Source of the DNA: Takakia lepidozioides
Lineage: Eukaryota; Plantae; Bryophyta
NCBI GenBank assembly: GCA_030704615.1
Contig: CM060734.1
Location: 15,314,001-15,378,000 of the forward strand
Length of the DNA: 64,000 nt
Reading direction: 5' to 3'
Made by a program: the position numbers and the translations under genes. Below the pieces are notes generated by a model. It was not told where the DNA came from. It did no database searches and saw only the letters and a list, made by a program, of their open reading frames with translations. Positions within the stretch are counted from its first letter, which is position 1. Every line of letters begins with the position of its first letter. Of the stretch, positions 10,331 to 22,110 are shown piece after piece.

Positions 10331-11319
10331 CACAAGAGATATCAGCCCCCTATCTTGGCTCCTTGGCTCCTTGATGCTCTCTAAGACAAGACTAAGCACT
10401 CCATAGCCTTTGCCAAGCTCCTGAAACCCTAAGGCTTACATTTCCAGCCACAAGACACTTCTCTTGTGGTGCAAGAGCTCTTCTTCCAAGCTCTGAAACC
10501 CTAGGTGCACATTCCATGGCCTTGCCGCACCTCTTAGCTCCTGTTCCAGCCCTGCTCTTGCCATGACAAGAGCCCTCTCAATGCTGAAGCTCGAGATTGA
10601 AACCCAATCTCACCATACTCCACAAAGTGCACTGATTTGCCCCAAGCCAAATCAGCCCTTTCGCTTGGTCTTGCAATCCTTCACACATGACAGCTCGCAT
10701 TCCCAAGTCCAGTTCTCAGCTTTGCCACCAAAGCCACTATAACCTGCTCTTGACTGGTCCTCTTCCCAATCGTGCTTGCTCATGCATGTACACAATCTGA
10801 AACCATCAAGGTGCTCTGGAATTACCTACAGTATGGTGCTTTCATCTCTGAAGCTGAAGATCGAATGCCAAGGTTTACCACCTCGTAACCCACATCGCCT
10901 CCGCTTCTAACAACCAAGAGCTCCACGGTGCATAACAACTTGGTTTCTCTCATTCTCAAGCAAAAACCACAAGTGCTACAACTAACTCGTATCTAGCACT
11001 CATAGATACGAGCTCATCTTTCTCGAGTGATAAAGAGGAAGGATACAAGCACAAGCTCATGCGAGCTCACAAAGCTGAAGCATAAACTCATGCATATATA
11101 ACCTCATCACTCAAATACAAGTCAAGCCAAGTGCACCCCACGCCATGGGGAATCCACACTACGGCGCCATAGCTAGGCGCGGTGAGGCTCAACTCGAAAG
11201 ATGAGCCTCCCGCGCTTGCCGTGAAGATAACCACTCCAGGGCCTAAATCTGCCTTGACCCCTGGATTGACACTCGGGCCAATCCCAAATGTCAATATGTA
11301 AAAGATAGCTATTTCCTAG

Positions 11320-12660
11320 CTAGTTTCACACTAGTGGTAAAATAACTTGACATGGCATTCTGTTGCCAAGTGTCCTGCAATCCCGCATTTGTGACATCAT
11401 GTTGCTTTTCGTGGCCCTTCATCTTTAAAATTCTTGATAGCCTCTGCAACCTCCGGATTAAAGTGGTTTTGTCAATCACTTCTTTCTTCTTTTGCTTGGG
11501 CTTTTCTTCATCATCAGAGTTTTCTTCTTCCAAGGGATCCTTGGAATCTTTACTTCTGCTCTGATGAAATCCCAATTCCAATTTCTTTGCAGTTCCTACT
11601 GCTTCAGCCAAAGTGTTGTTAGGCATGACTGTAACCATGGTTACATATTCAGGATGAAGGGACGAAGTCCGTTGATGAACCATGATTTTTGCAAGTCATC
11701 ACTTGGTGCTTGAGGTAGCTTCCTGATCAGAGTCTTCATTCTCTCCAGGTAGTCGACTACCAATTATTTCTTTTTCTGTCTCAGGTTCTGTAATCATGTG
11801 AAGATTTCAGACGTGGATTTGTTGGATCTATATCGTTCTTGAAACGCAGCTCTCATATCCGCCCAATTTGCAAAGTGATTGGCTGGAAAGGTTGCCAACC
11901 ATTCAATGACTTTTCTGGCCATTGAACAAGGAAATAATCGGATCTTTTCCTGGTTTGTTGCTTCATTGTAAATGGCGCATATGTTCTCAAATTGATTAAG
12001 ATGGATATTCGGATCAGATTTCCCATCATATAAAGGGAACGTCGGTCTGGTTTTGCTTGCTGCTAAAGCCATTGGTGCTGCTGGTGCAACTGGTTGTCCA
12101 AACTGGGATGGTCCCACTGCTGCTGGCTATGGTGGTGTTGGGATTGTCAAGGCTAGTGGTGTTGTTGGTGTTTGTCTTCCAAACAATGATTCAAAGCTAG
12201 GAGGTCCTTGTCCCAATGATAGCCGTCTTCCAGCTGTTGTCCCTACTAAGCTTAATGAATCTTTAAAAGCTTTGAGTGCAGTCCTGGTTATCCTTTCTGG
12301 AGAAGTAGTTTCATTTTTTTCCCCTTCTTCACTCGGAATATTCTCAAATCTTTCTTCCAATATTTCAGCAAAACCTTGATTTGGACTTGTTACTGTAGAA
12401 GGTCCGTCGGATCTTTCTTGTGGTAACCATTCGCCAAGTGTATTACTTGCAACTCCTTCTGGTGTAGTGTTCTCACTTTTCAAAGATCCGATTTCCTGAT
12501 CTTCTGGTTTATCACTGTCAATTTGTCTTGATGTCTCACTTTAAATAATATTCAAGTTTTGTAATATTGGGAACTCTTTTCTCAACCGAGCTTCCCTTTC
12601 TGCAACATATTTCTCTATTCTTTCAGCTCTGCCTTGCTTAGCTTTTTCCTTAATTTCCTC
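11320..12660 (-). pseudogene. Disrupted gag of B1
   Basis: ORF pieces 12127-12483, 11794-12117 and 11309-11683, separated by stops and frameshifts. Confidence 0.85.
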
Positions 12661-13255
12661 ATTCATTTCCATATCATATACAAAGTTCCTTTTCAGCACC
12701 CTTTAATCAGCCTTGGTATGTCAGTAAAGAAAAATTATAGTGGTCTCTACCCTTTCTCCAAGATTTACCCTATCTTGCCAGAATCCGTATCACGACTTAA
12801 TTTTCCTTTACTGATTGATCACCAATCTTTTAATGGGCACAATAATACCATTTGACTTTCTCAGTGTATCTGACTTGTAACAAGTCTTTGGGTATCCAGT
12901 ACTTCACTGCTTCTATGATCATATGACAATATTCATATAATTTGAACATCCTTCCCTGAAAATATAACTAGTGTAGCAAGCCTTTCTGATTGGGATTAGA
13001 GTAATCAATAAAGCTAGACGAGACAACCATTCTTCACTTCTGATTCTACATTCCCAAGGTGCTCGTGTAATACCGATCACTCCTCCCTTTAATCCCCATT
13101 TGTCATCTTCTGTTGTATTGCTATTGGTAAGCCATGAAATTTTTTCAGGAATGCTTTCCATTCCTCTTCTTCCGTTGACTCGTTCTTTTGTGATTTTAAG
13201 AAATCACTGAGTAACCATCCTTCCTTGAGTTCACTTGAACTCAACATATCGTTAG

Positions 13256-13273
13256 TCCCCAATATGGTCGCCA
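13256..13273 (-). promoter_or_regulatory. Primer binding site TGGCGACCATATTGGGGA (probably tRNA-Arg)
   Basis: Follows the LTR end ...AACA-TT; near-identical at 35248-35265 and 53955-53972. Confidence 0.85.
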
Positions 13274-13275
13274 AA

Positions 13276-14120
13276 TGTTAATTACTGGTTCATGACTTAG
13301 ACAAAACAGGCTATCAGCACTACTGCCCATTTCCCAAGACATGCAACAGAGGTTGTCCGACGGTATGCTTTCAGAAACGATTACAAAGTAATCGTTGTAA
13401 GGATAGCTAAACCATGGATGTCGTATGAATCAATATCTCTACAGGTTGCTTAATCCTATTGATTAAGCCCAACCTACAGTCTCTTTGGCCTAAAAGATCT
13501 TAGTCGAATCGATTTAAGCCTCTTTGTTCATACAATCAGATGGTAGTCAAGACAAAACAAGAGCTATTCTGAGATGATACACATTCTCACCATCTCACGT
13601 TCTCTCATAATGCACATTCTCTCCATCTCACGTTCACTCTACACAGAGATACTTTGAATAGCATGGCTTTACTTCAGAGTTCATCACATCATCGCAGAAG
13701 TACACATCAAATCACTCCGAGTCCACTGAATACACACTGATCACTGATACCTTCTAAGTCGTCGTTACAACCTGCAGTGCAGTCGTTAATGACCGTTTGC
13801 CTAACTGCCTACGCAACCTAAAGGGTTTGCTAAAAAAGTGACTCGTTGTAGTGGTCGTGTGCCATAGTGGTAAACGGTCCACTACTTCCTCTATTAGTAA
13901 AAAGCCGATGGTAACGTGGTCGTGTGATATCGTGATTCACGGCCCACGGTTGCTACACTACCCACTACTGCTCCCGTGGTAATGTACCCTTGTTCCGCCA
14001 TTTGCTAAGTACCGCGTACTTAGCCTTTTCTGCTCGTGACCAGGTAGTGTACACCAATCACCACCCGGTATGTCCCGTCATGACCCTCGCTGTCTGGCCC
14101 TCGTAGCTTAGCCGTTATCA
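13276..14120 (-). repeat. 5' LTR of B1 (TGATAAC...TAACA)
   Basis: TG...CA termini; family A integrase sequence starts abruptly at 14121. Confidence 0.78.
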
Positions 14121-17100
14121 AGGCACAATCCTCACTCGTCCATCCTCCCATACACGGAGTAGGTGAGTCCCCTCCCACTTGAACCTCTTGGCTCGTTGTA
14201 GGATCCGATCTCTTTCCTTAGCAGTCACACTGACTGCTGTCTCTCCGGTACGAAGGTAGGCCAACACTGCTGCATCTTCATGCACATCCTTAGCACCACC
14301 AAGCTCTTCACTGATCTCTGGATCGTCATGCACACCATCTACATGACCAATCCTATGGGATGGACCAGCTTGCAGAGCTCCCATTGCTAGAATGCACAAA
14401 AAGACAGATGCATGCCATCCTGGCACCATCTCCTCATCCCTCTCACCATGCCACCGAGCTCCAGTATCATCATGCTTGCTTGTGCATGGATTACAACTCA
14501 ACCCATCTGCATCCCGATTGACAATACCGGCTCGATGCACCACCTGGAAGTTGTACTCTTAAAGCATAAGTACCCACCGTGCAAGCTTCCCTGTAAGCTT
14601 GTCTGACTCCATCAACCACTTCAATGGTTGGTAATCCGTGACAAGGGTGAAGAGATTGCCATAGAGGTAGCATCTGAAATGTGCCACTGCCGATACTACA
14701 GCTAGACACTCCCCTTCATATGAACTATACATAGCCTCTGCATCATTGTTCGAGTGGCTGGCATATGCCACTACGAACTCTCTCCCCTCATCATCCACCT
14801 GTGTGAGCATTGCTCCAATCCCCAGCATACTCCAATCCGTATGTAGCTGGAAAGGCCGCCCCCGAATAGGCCGCCTCAGAATAGGCACAGAAGTCAATCG
14901 AGCCTTGAGTTCCTCAAAGGCTTCCTCCTGCTTGTCCTCCCACTGCCACTCCTGACCCACCTTGGTCAACTTGGTAAGAGCCTTCGTAATGCTGTTAAAT
15001 CCATTGACGAACCGACAATAGTAGTTTGCCAACCCCATGAAAGCACGAACTCTGCTCACATCTGTGGGACATGCATGCAATGGCCTCCACCTTTGTCTGT
15101 TGAACACTCAATCCTCCAGGGTATATCATGTGGCCCAAATACTCAATCTGATCGTGGAAGAACTTGCACTTATCAGGGTGCAGTTTCAACCCGTGCACGG
15201 TTGAAGGTATCTCTCATGCTCCTCAACCGTGGCACTAAATATGATGATATCATCAATGTAGCACCGGGCAAAATCTAGCCCTGCAAGAATCCTATCCATG
15301 ACCCTCTGAAATCTGCAGGAGCATTCTTCAACCCAAATGGTAAGAAGCGCCATTGATACAAGCAATCCTTCTCATGCTGGTCAATCCCCCAGAATGTCGT
15401 CTTTTGTTTGTCAGCCTCTTTGATTGGCATTTGGTGGTAATCGGATCGCAGGTCCAATGTGCTAAACACCTTTGCATGCCCAATGGCATCAAAGATCTCC
15501 TCTGGAGTTGGCATGGCATATCTATCGGACTTAGTTTGACGATTCACAGGGCGATAATTCCCACACATCTTTCTTTCTGTCCAATTGCCATAGATATCCT
15601 TCTTAGCTGACATCACTGTTGCCGAGGCATACTCCCCGCCTGACAACTCCACCAATCCAGCTTTGAACAACTCCATAGTCCGTGACTGGATCAAAGACCT
15701 CTCTATGTCACTATACCTAAAGGGCCTTCAAAAAATTGGCATATCACTTGCCAAATCAATACAAATCTCATGGCCCGTCAAACTCCCCAAATCCTTCGAA
15801 CTGAATGCAAAGCAATTTCTATAAGCCCTTAGAAATTGCTGGATCCTCTGTCTCTCTCCTCCGGTGACTGTAGGACAACAGGGAAGTATCCAGAAACAAG
15901 TAGCTGCGATGAGGAGAAGCTGTGGAATGAATACTTTTCTGACCCCAGTCAATGGTGGGACAACTGGGGCAAAAAGGTGAATGCCTGTTGGATTATAGAG
16001 AGTAGCAGATGCAATTGAACATATGAACTAGTGTGATAAGTAGGGTTGGGGTGTTTGCTGGAACAACTCTAGGATGTCATTGTCAGCTGCTAGCAGCAAG
16101 GCAAGGATGTATGCATGGTTTGTGCATAGGCATGGATAGCTGAAGGAGCGGGGATGGAGTGTGGGTCCAGATTCATCCAAGAGGGCCAGATTTCAAGCAT
16201 AAGGTTACCTATGATTCCCTGTGGATCAATAGCTACAAGAAACCTGCATGCCCAAGAATCCCCCATGAGAGGAACATTCTCTAGGATGTAAGCTAGAGGT
16301 TGCACTTGCCTCACCTGCAAGTCCAACATCTGGTTCCCAATTGTCCTCAGTGATTGCAACCTTGGGTACACCAAGCTTGGAGGTAGGAGACGCATCATTT
16401 GGTTGCTAGATAGCAACCTCTTGGGCCTTGTCCGCCCACCCTGACTGTGGCGTAGCCTCCACTTGCTCCGCCATAGCCACCTTGAGAATATCCTCTAGGG
16501 ACGAAACATCCTCAACTTATTCAAAAACCTTGGCCACCTTGGCCTCCAACTGGTCCTCAGTATATGGCTCTCCCCACTCCTCATATTGTTGCTTGAGAGA
16601 TCCAATGACTCTCTATTTGCGCATCTCATCCCACATTTGCCATGGGTGTCTGCACCCCATGATCCTGTGCTCGCCCCCACTCACTGCTTCAACCGTCCCG
16701 GTTGGCAGAGAGGATGCAGTATCCAATGGAAGTGTAGAAGTAGCCATAAATGCTTGCAATCTCCGTTGCTCAGCCATGCACAAGCCAATGACCCATGTCA
16801 AGCAATTTAGATCAAATGCTTGACCCAACACCTGTTGGCGTGATGCCTCTGACAGAGCTGGCACAGCTGTAGTGCCTGTGGCAAACCCCATTGCCCGCTC
16901 TCGCTCACCCGCATTGGGCTCCACCAATTGCTGTAGCACACTGTCCCAAATCAACCCTGGACCGTTGTCTCAAAAAGCATGAGACGAGGGAAAGCTGATG
17001 AGTGCAGACAAGGCCACTCGTGGCTGCCCCACTCGGTTGACCACTGCCAAAGGTGGACGGTCATCATGACGCACTCTCTATGCTTGCCTCCCTTGGTCCA

Positions 17101-17285
17101 AAATGCCCTCAACCGTGAGGTTGGGTGGCCGTTGAATGGAATCAGAGGCTCTCTTGAGCAACTCTGGTGGTGCAAGATTGGTCCACCACAACCTAGGCCT
17201 ATGTGCCCGTGATCCCACTGCAGCTGCATCCAAAAGTATAGCTGGTCCAATCCATGATCGGATTTGATGCACACTGGCCATAACC
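14121..17285 (-). pseudogene. Family A copy A2: decayed and rearranged MTase-RT-RNase H-INT
   Basis: Colinear with A1 1210-3870; retains AHRPRLWWTN, ERERAMGF, RQQVLGQAFD and YILENVP; contains stops, frameshifts and an insertion at 15880-16320. Confidence 0.92.
15880..16250 (+). pseudogene. Intron-containing fragment encoding an OSB-type PDF motif
   Basis: EEKLWNEYFSDPSQWWDNWGKK, then a GT-AG intron (about 15977-16170), then IHPRGPDFKHKVTYDSLWINSYKKPA. Confidence 0.8.
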
Positions 17286-17314
17286 AGGGTTTGTGTGTGT
17301 TTGTAGTGTTTCTG

Positions 17315-17865
17315 GCAGCCCTGTAAAAGGGCAAAGAGATCCCTGGTGACATGATCAAATCTGCAATTGTTCCAGATGTCATCCTGAACACTGCTCTGGT
17401 GGCCATGTATGCCAAATGTGGTAGCATTGAGGATGCCAAGGGAGTGTTCAACACTATGGCTGAATGAGATGTGGTGTTGTAGAATGCGATGCTTGCAGGG
17501 TGTGCAGAGCAGGGGCTTTGGAGACCTGAAAGCAAATGATGGGGGAAGGGGTGAAGTTCGACCACATCATATTTGTGTGCATTTGCAGTGCGTGTGCAAG
17601 CCTGGCAGCCCTGGAAAAGGGCATCGGAGGTGCATGGTTGCATCACAAAAGCTGGAAATGTACCAGATGGATCAATAGCTACAAGAAACCTACATGGGTA
17701 GATGGTCAACTAGAAGCCGCAGCAGCAGCGGCACAATGATAAACTCAGACACTGGTAATGAAGGCACCTTCTTCAACACATTTCACCCTATTTTCCCCTC
17801 TTATCAGAATCGGCCCTAAATTTTCATGTTGAATTCTGCAAGTTAGCTGGTTGAGTGAGCCTTTG
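17315..17865 (+). pseudogene. Inverted PLS-PPR fragment followed by a PDF-tail exon
   Basis: LVAMYAKCGSIEDAKGVF, VCICSACASLAALEKG, then WINSYKKPTWVDGQLEAAAAAAQ. Confidence 0.75.
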
Positions 17866-18160
17866 ATAGTTTGGAGCGACTTTGACATGGCTTCTAGTTG
17901 GCGGGCTTCACCCCTACCCCCCATCATTTGCTCATGTTGGAGCCTCCATCCCGCACCCTTGTTGTGCATACCCCGCAAGCATCGCACTCCACGACACCAC
18001 ATCTCGTTCAGCCATAGTGTTGAACACTCCCTTGGCATCCTCGATGCACCCACATTTGGCATACATGTCTACCAGGGCAGGGGCAGTGTTCAGAATGACA
18101 TCTGGTAATTTGACAGACATTCACCTTTTAGAATTGTTCCAGCAAATGCCCCAACCCTAC

Positions 18161-18402
18161 TGACTTAGAGGCTGTAGTGTCCAAAGCCATGTCCGTTTCC
18201 AGAAAATTGTCTGATGAAAATGAAGTTAGGCAGAAAACTTCCCTGGACTTGTTTCCAGTCTGTGACATGGGGGATGACATCATGGATGACCTCAAGGGTC
18301 TACCCACTCTCGGCACCAGACTGAAATTTAAACTAAGGGCAGGATTCCTACCTTTGAATAGCAAACAGAAGCAGAGAAGAAATGGAGAGTGCAATTGCAC
18401 CC
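18161..18402 (+). mobile_element. Fragment of the LINE family found at 47.1-49.6 kb
   Basis: LSDENEVRQKTSLDLFPVCDMGDDIMDDLKGLPTLGTRLKFKLRAG is nearly identical to ORF 47132-47770. Confidence 0.9.
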
Positions 18403-20369
18403 AACTCAACTTATCACACTAGTCCCTATGGTCAATTGCATCTGCTACACTCTGTAATTTGACAGGCATTCACCTTTTTGCCTCAGTTGTCCCACCAGTT
18501 ACTGGGGTCAGAAAAGTATTCATCCCACTGCTTCTCATATCTGTTACCTGTTTTTGGATACTTTCCTGTTGTCACATTGGCAGTATCATGTCAAAGTCAC
18601 CCCAAAAGAGATTCACTCAACCAGCTAACTTGCAGAATTCAACATGGAAATTTAGGGCCGATTCTGATAAGAAGGAAAAACAGGGTGAAATGTGTTGGAG
18701 AAAGGTGCCTTCATTAGCAGCGCCTGATTTTATCCATTGTGCTGCTGCTGCTGCGGCTTCCAGTTGACCATCTGTTTCTTGTAGCTATCCTTCCACAGGG
18801 AATCATAGGTAATCTGGAGCTTGAAATCCGAGCCTCTTGGATGAATCTGGACCCACAATCTATCCCTACACTCCTTCAGCTATCCATGCATGTGTACAAA
18901 TCATCAATACATGCTCAGCCTCGCTATAGCTAGCAGCTGACACTGACGCCCTAACCCTACCTACAGTAACATATTCAAAATCACTCCAAACCCACCATAG
19001 ATCCACCAACGAGCTTCTCCTCATCTATGTTATCTATTTCTGGATATTTTCCTGCTGCTACATCGGCAGTAACTTGTCAAAGTCACTCCTAACCACCACA
19101 GATCCACCCAATGAGCTAACTTACAGAATTCAATATGCATCTCAGGGCCGAGTCTGATGAGAGGGTAAAATAGGCAGACATAGGTTGAAGAAGAAGGTGC
19201 CCTCACCACATTATCGACCTTGACCTTGTGTCATGACCCATGGAGGATTTGCATGACCATGAACCCAAATGGACCTCTTGAGTGTGTGCTGCTTGTGGCT
19301 GTAGTCAGGTAATGTTGGATTGGTCCATGAGAACCACCACGGTGCAGCTGAGCGAGCAGAGATTGAAACACGACACATGTCAAAATCACTCCAACACCAC
19401 CCTAGTTCCACCAACGAGCTAACTTGTAGAATTCAACATGAAAATTTAGGGACAACTCTGATAGCAGGGGAATTCAGGGTGAAATATGTTGAAGAAGGTA
19501 CCTTCATTAGCAGTGGGCCTTGGTCTATCAATTGTGCTACTGCCATTGCTGTTTCCAGTTGACCATCTACCCACTCGTAGTGGTTGTGCTATTGACGAAG
19601 GTGCCCCCCCTTCCCCCATCATTTGATCATAGGTCTCCAAAGCCTCCATACCATGTCCCTGTTGTGCATACCATGCAAGCAACGCGTTCCATGACACCAC
19701 ATTTGGTTCAGCCATAGTGTTGAAAACTCCCTTCGCATCCTTAATGCACCCACATTTGGCATAGACATCACCAGGGGAGTGTTCAGGATGACATCTAGTA
19801 CAATTCCAGCTTTGACGATGTCACCATGGATCTCTTTCCCCTTTTCTAGAGGTCCCAGGCTCGCACACGCATTGCAAACATGTGCAAGCGTGATGTGGTT
19901 GGGCTTCATCCAGATTTGCGCAGCATTTGCTCATAGATCGCCAAAGCATTCCTACCACACCCATGCTTGGTAAATCCTGCCAACATTATATTCCACATGA
20001 TCAAAGATCGCTGAGGCATTATGTAGAAATCTTGGCGAGAATCCATGATGCTCCCGCACTTAACATACATGTTGACAAGGGTGTTGAGTAGAAAAAACAT
20101 TTGGCGTGAATCCACTTTGGATAATGTGAGTGTGCACCTGATTCCAGCTTCCAGACCTAGAGCCTTTGTTAGTCTGCCTGCCTCACAAAGCATCTTCACA
20201 TGCCCATAAGTGCCAAAAGAGGCATTGTGGACTCCCTCTCTTGATCCTCTTCCAGAAGCTGTGGTCATGGTTGAGGTGCCTGACTTTATCAACTGTGTCG
20301 CTGCAGCTGCTACCTTTGGCGATGCAACCATGCACCTCTTTGCAGCTGGTAATCTGACAAGCATTCACC

Positions 20370-22110
20370 TTGGTACAATTCTAGCTCTGAAGATGTCGCC
20401 ATGTGGACCTCTTTCCCCTTTTCCAAAGCTGCCAAGGCAGTGTTCAGATTGACATTTGGTACAATTCCAGCTTTGATGATATCCCCATGTACCTCTTTGC
20501 CCTTCTCCAGGCCGGCTGCCAGGCTTGCACAAGCATTGCAAATGCACACAAACATGATGTGCTTCCCCCATCCTTTGCTCATAGCTCTCCAAAGCCTTCA
20601 TTCCACATCCCTGCTGTGCATACCCTGCAAGCACATCATATCGCACTCCACGACACCACATGTCGTTCAGCCATAGTGTCGAACACTCCCTTTGCATCCT
20701 AGATGCACCCACATTTTGCAAACATGTCCACCAGGGTATTGTTCAGAATGTCATCTGGTACAATTCCAGCTCTGAAGATGTCGCCATGCACCTCTTTCCC
20801 CATTTCCAAAGCTGCCAGGGCAGTGTTCAGATTGACATTTGGCACAATTCCAGCTTTAATGATATCCCTATGCACCTCTTGCCCTTCTCCAGGGCTGCCA
20901 GGCTTGCACGCACATTGCAAATGCACACAAACATGATGTGCTTCCCCCATCATTTGCTCATAGCTCTCCAAAGCCTCCATCCCACGTCCCTGTCGTGCAT
21001 ACCCTGCAAGCATCGCACTCCACGACACCACATCTCGTTCAGCCATAGTGTCAACACTCCCTTTGCATCCTAGATGCTCCCACATTTTGCAAACATGTTC
21101 ACCAGGGTATTGTTCATAATGACATCTGATACAATTCCAGCTCTGAAGATGACGCCATGGACCTCTTTCCCCTTTTCCAAAGCTGCCAAGGCAGTGTTCA
21201 GATTGACATTTGGTACAATTCCAGCTTTGATGATATCCCCATGCACCTCTTGGCCCTTCTCCAGGGCTGCCAGGCTTGCAAAAGCATTGCAAATGCACAC
21301 AAACATGATGTGCTTCCCCCATCCTTTGCTCATAGCTCTCCAAAGCCTCCATTCCACATCCATGCTGTGCATACCCTGCAAGCACATCATATCGCACTCC
21401 ACGACACCACATGTCGTTCAGCCATAGTGTCGAACACTCCCTTTGCATCCTAGATGCACCCACATTTTGCAAACATGTCCACCAGGGTATTGTTCAGAAT
21501 GTCATCTGGTACAATTCCAGCTCTGAAGATGTCGCCATGCACCTCTTTCCCCATTTCCAAAGCTGCTAGGGCAGTGTTCAGATTGACATTTTGCACAATT
21601 CCAGCTTTGATGATATCCCTATGCACCTCTTGCCCTTCTCCAGGGCTGCCAGGCTTGCACGCACATTGCAAATGCACACAAACATGATGTGCTTCCCCCA
21701 TCATTTGCTCATAGCTCTCCAAAGCCTCCATCCCACGTCCCTGCCATGCATACCCTGCAAGCATCGCACTCCACGACACCACATTCAGCCATAGTGTCAA
21801 ACACTCCCTTTGCATCCTAGATGCTCCCACATTTTGCAAACATGTTCACCAGGGTATTTTTCATAATGACATCTGATACAATTCCAGCTCTGAAGATGAC
21901 GCCATGGACCTCTTTCCCCTTTTCCAAAGCTGCCAGGGTAGTGTTGCACAATTCCAGCTTCGATGATATCCCCATGCACCTCTTGCCCTTCTCCAGGGCT
22001 GCCAGACTTGCAAAAGCATTGCAAATGCACACAAACATGATGTGCTTCCCCCATCCTTTGCTCATAGGTCTCGAAAGCCTCCATCCCACGTCCCTGCCGT
22101 GCATACCCTG
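20370..22110 (-). repeat. Tandem amplification of a ~375-bp PPR unit organised as ~750-bp dimers
   Basis: Matching landmarks at 20701 and 21452 (751 bp apart) and at 21071 and 21818 (747 bp apart). Confidence 0.88.

Larger units (their letters stand above)
1..11315 (-). mobile_element. Ty3/gypsy LTR retrotransposon family A, copy A1: long leader, gag, zinc knuckles, PR, C5-MTase, RT, RNase H, INT, PHD. The 3' end runs off the window; the 5' LTR and PBS are not found.
   Basis: Consecutive minus-strand ORFs in gypsy order. Leader blocks 7130-7790 and 11090-11315 are homologous to 24874-25500 and 27170-27480. Confidence 0.92.
11318..14120 (-). mobile_element. Partial LTR retrotransposon B1 (5' LTR, PBS, upstream ORF, gag), truncated in the zinc knuckles
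   Basis: LTR, PBS and gag in order; gag motifs YDGKSDPNIHLNQFENIC and CHKCGIAGHLATEC. Confidence 0.88.
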
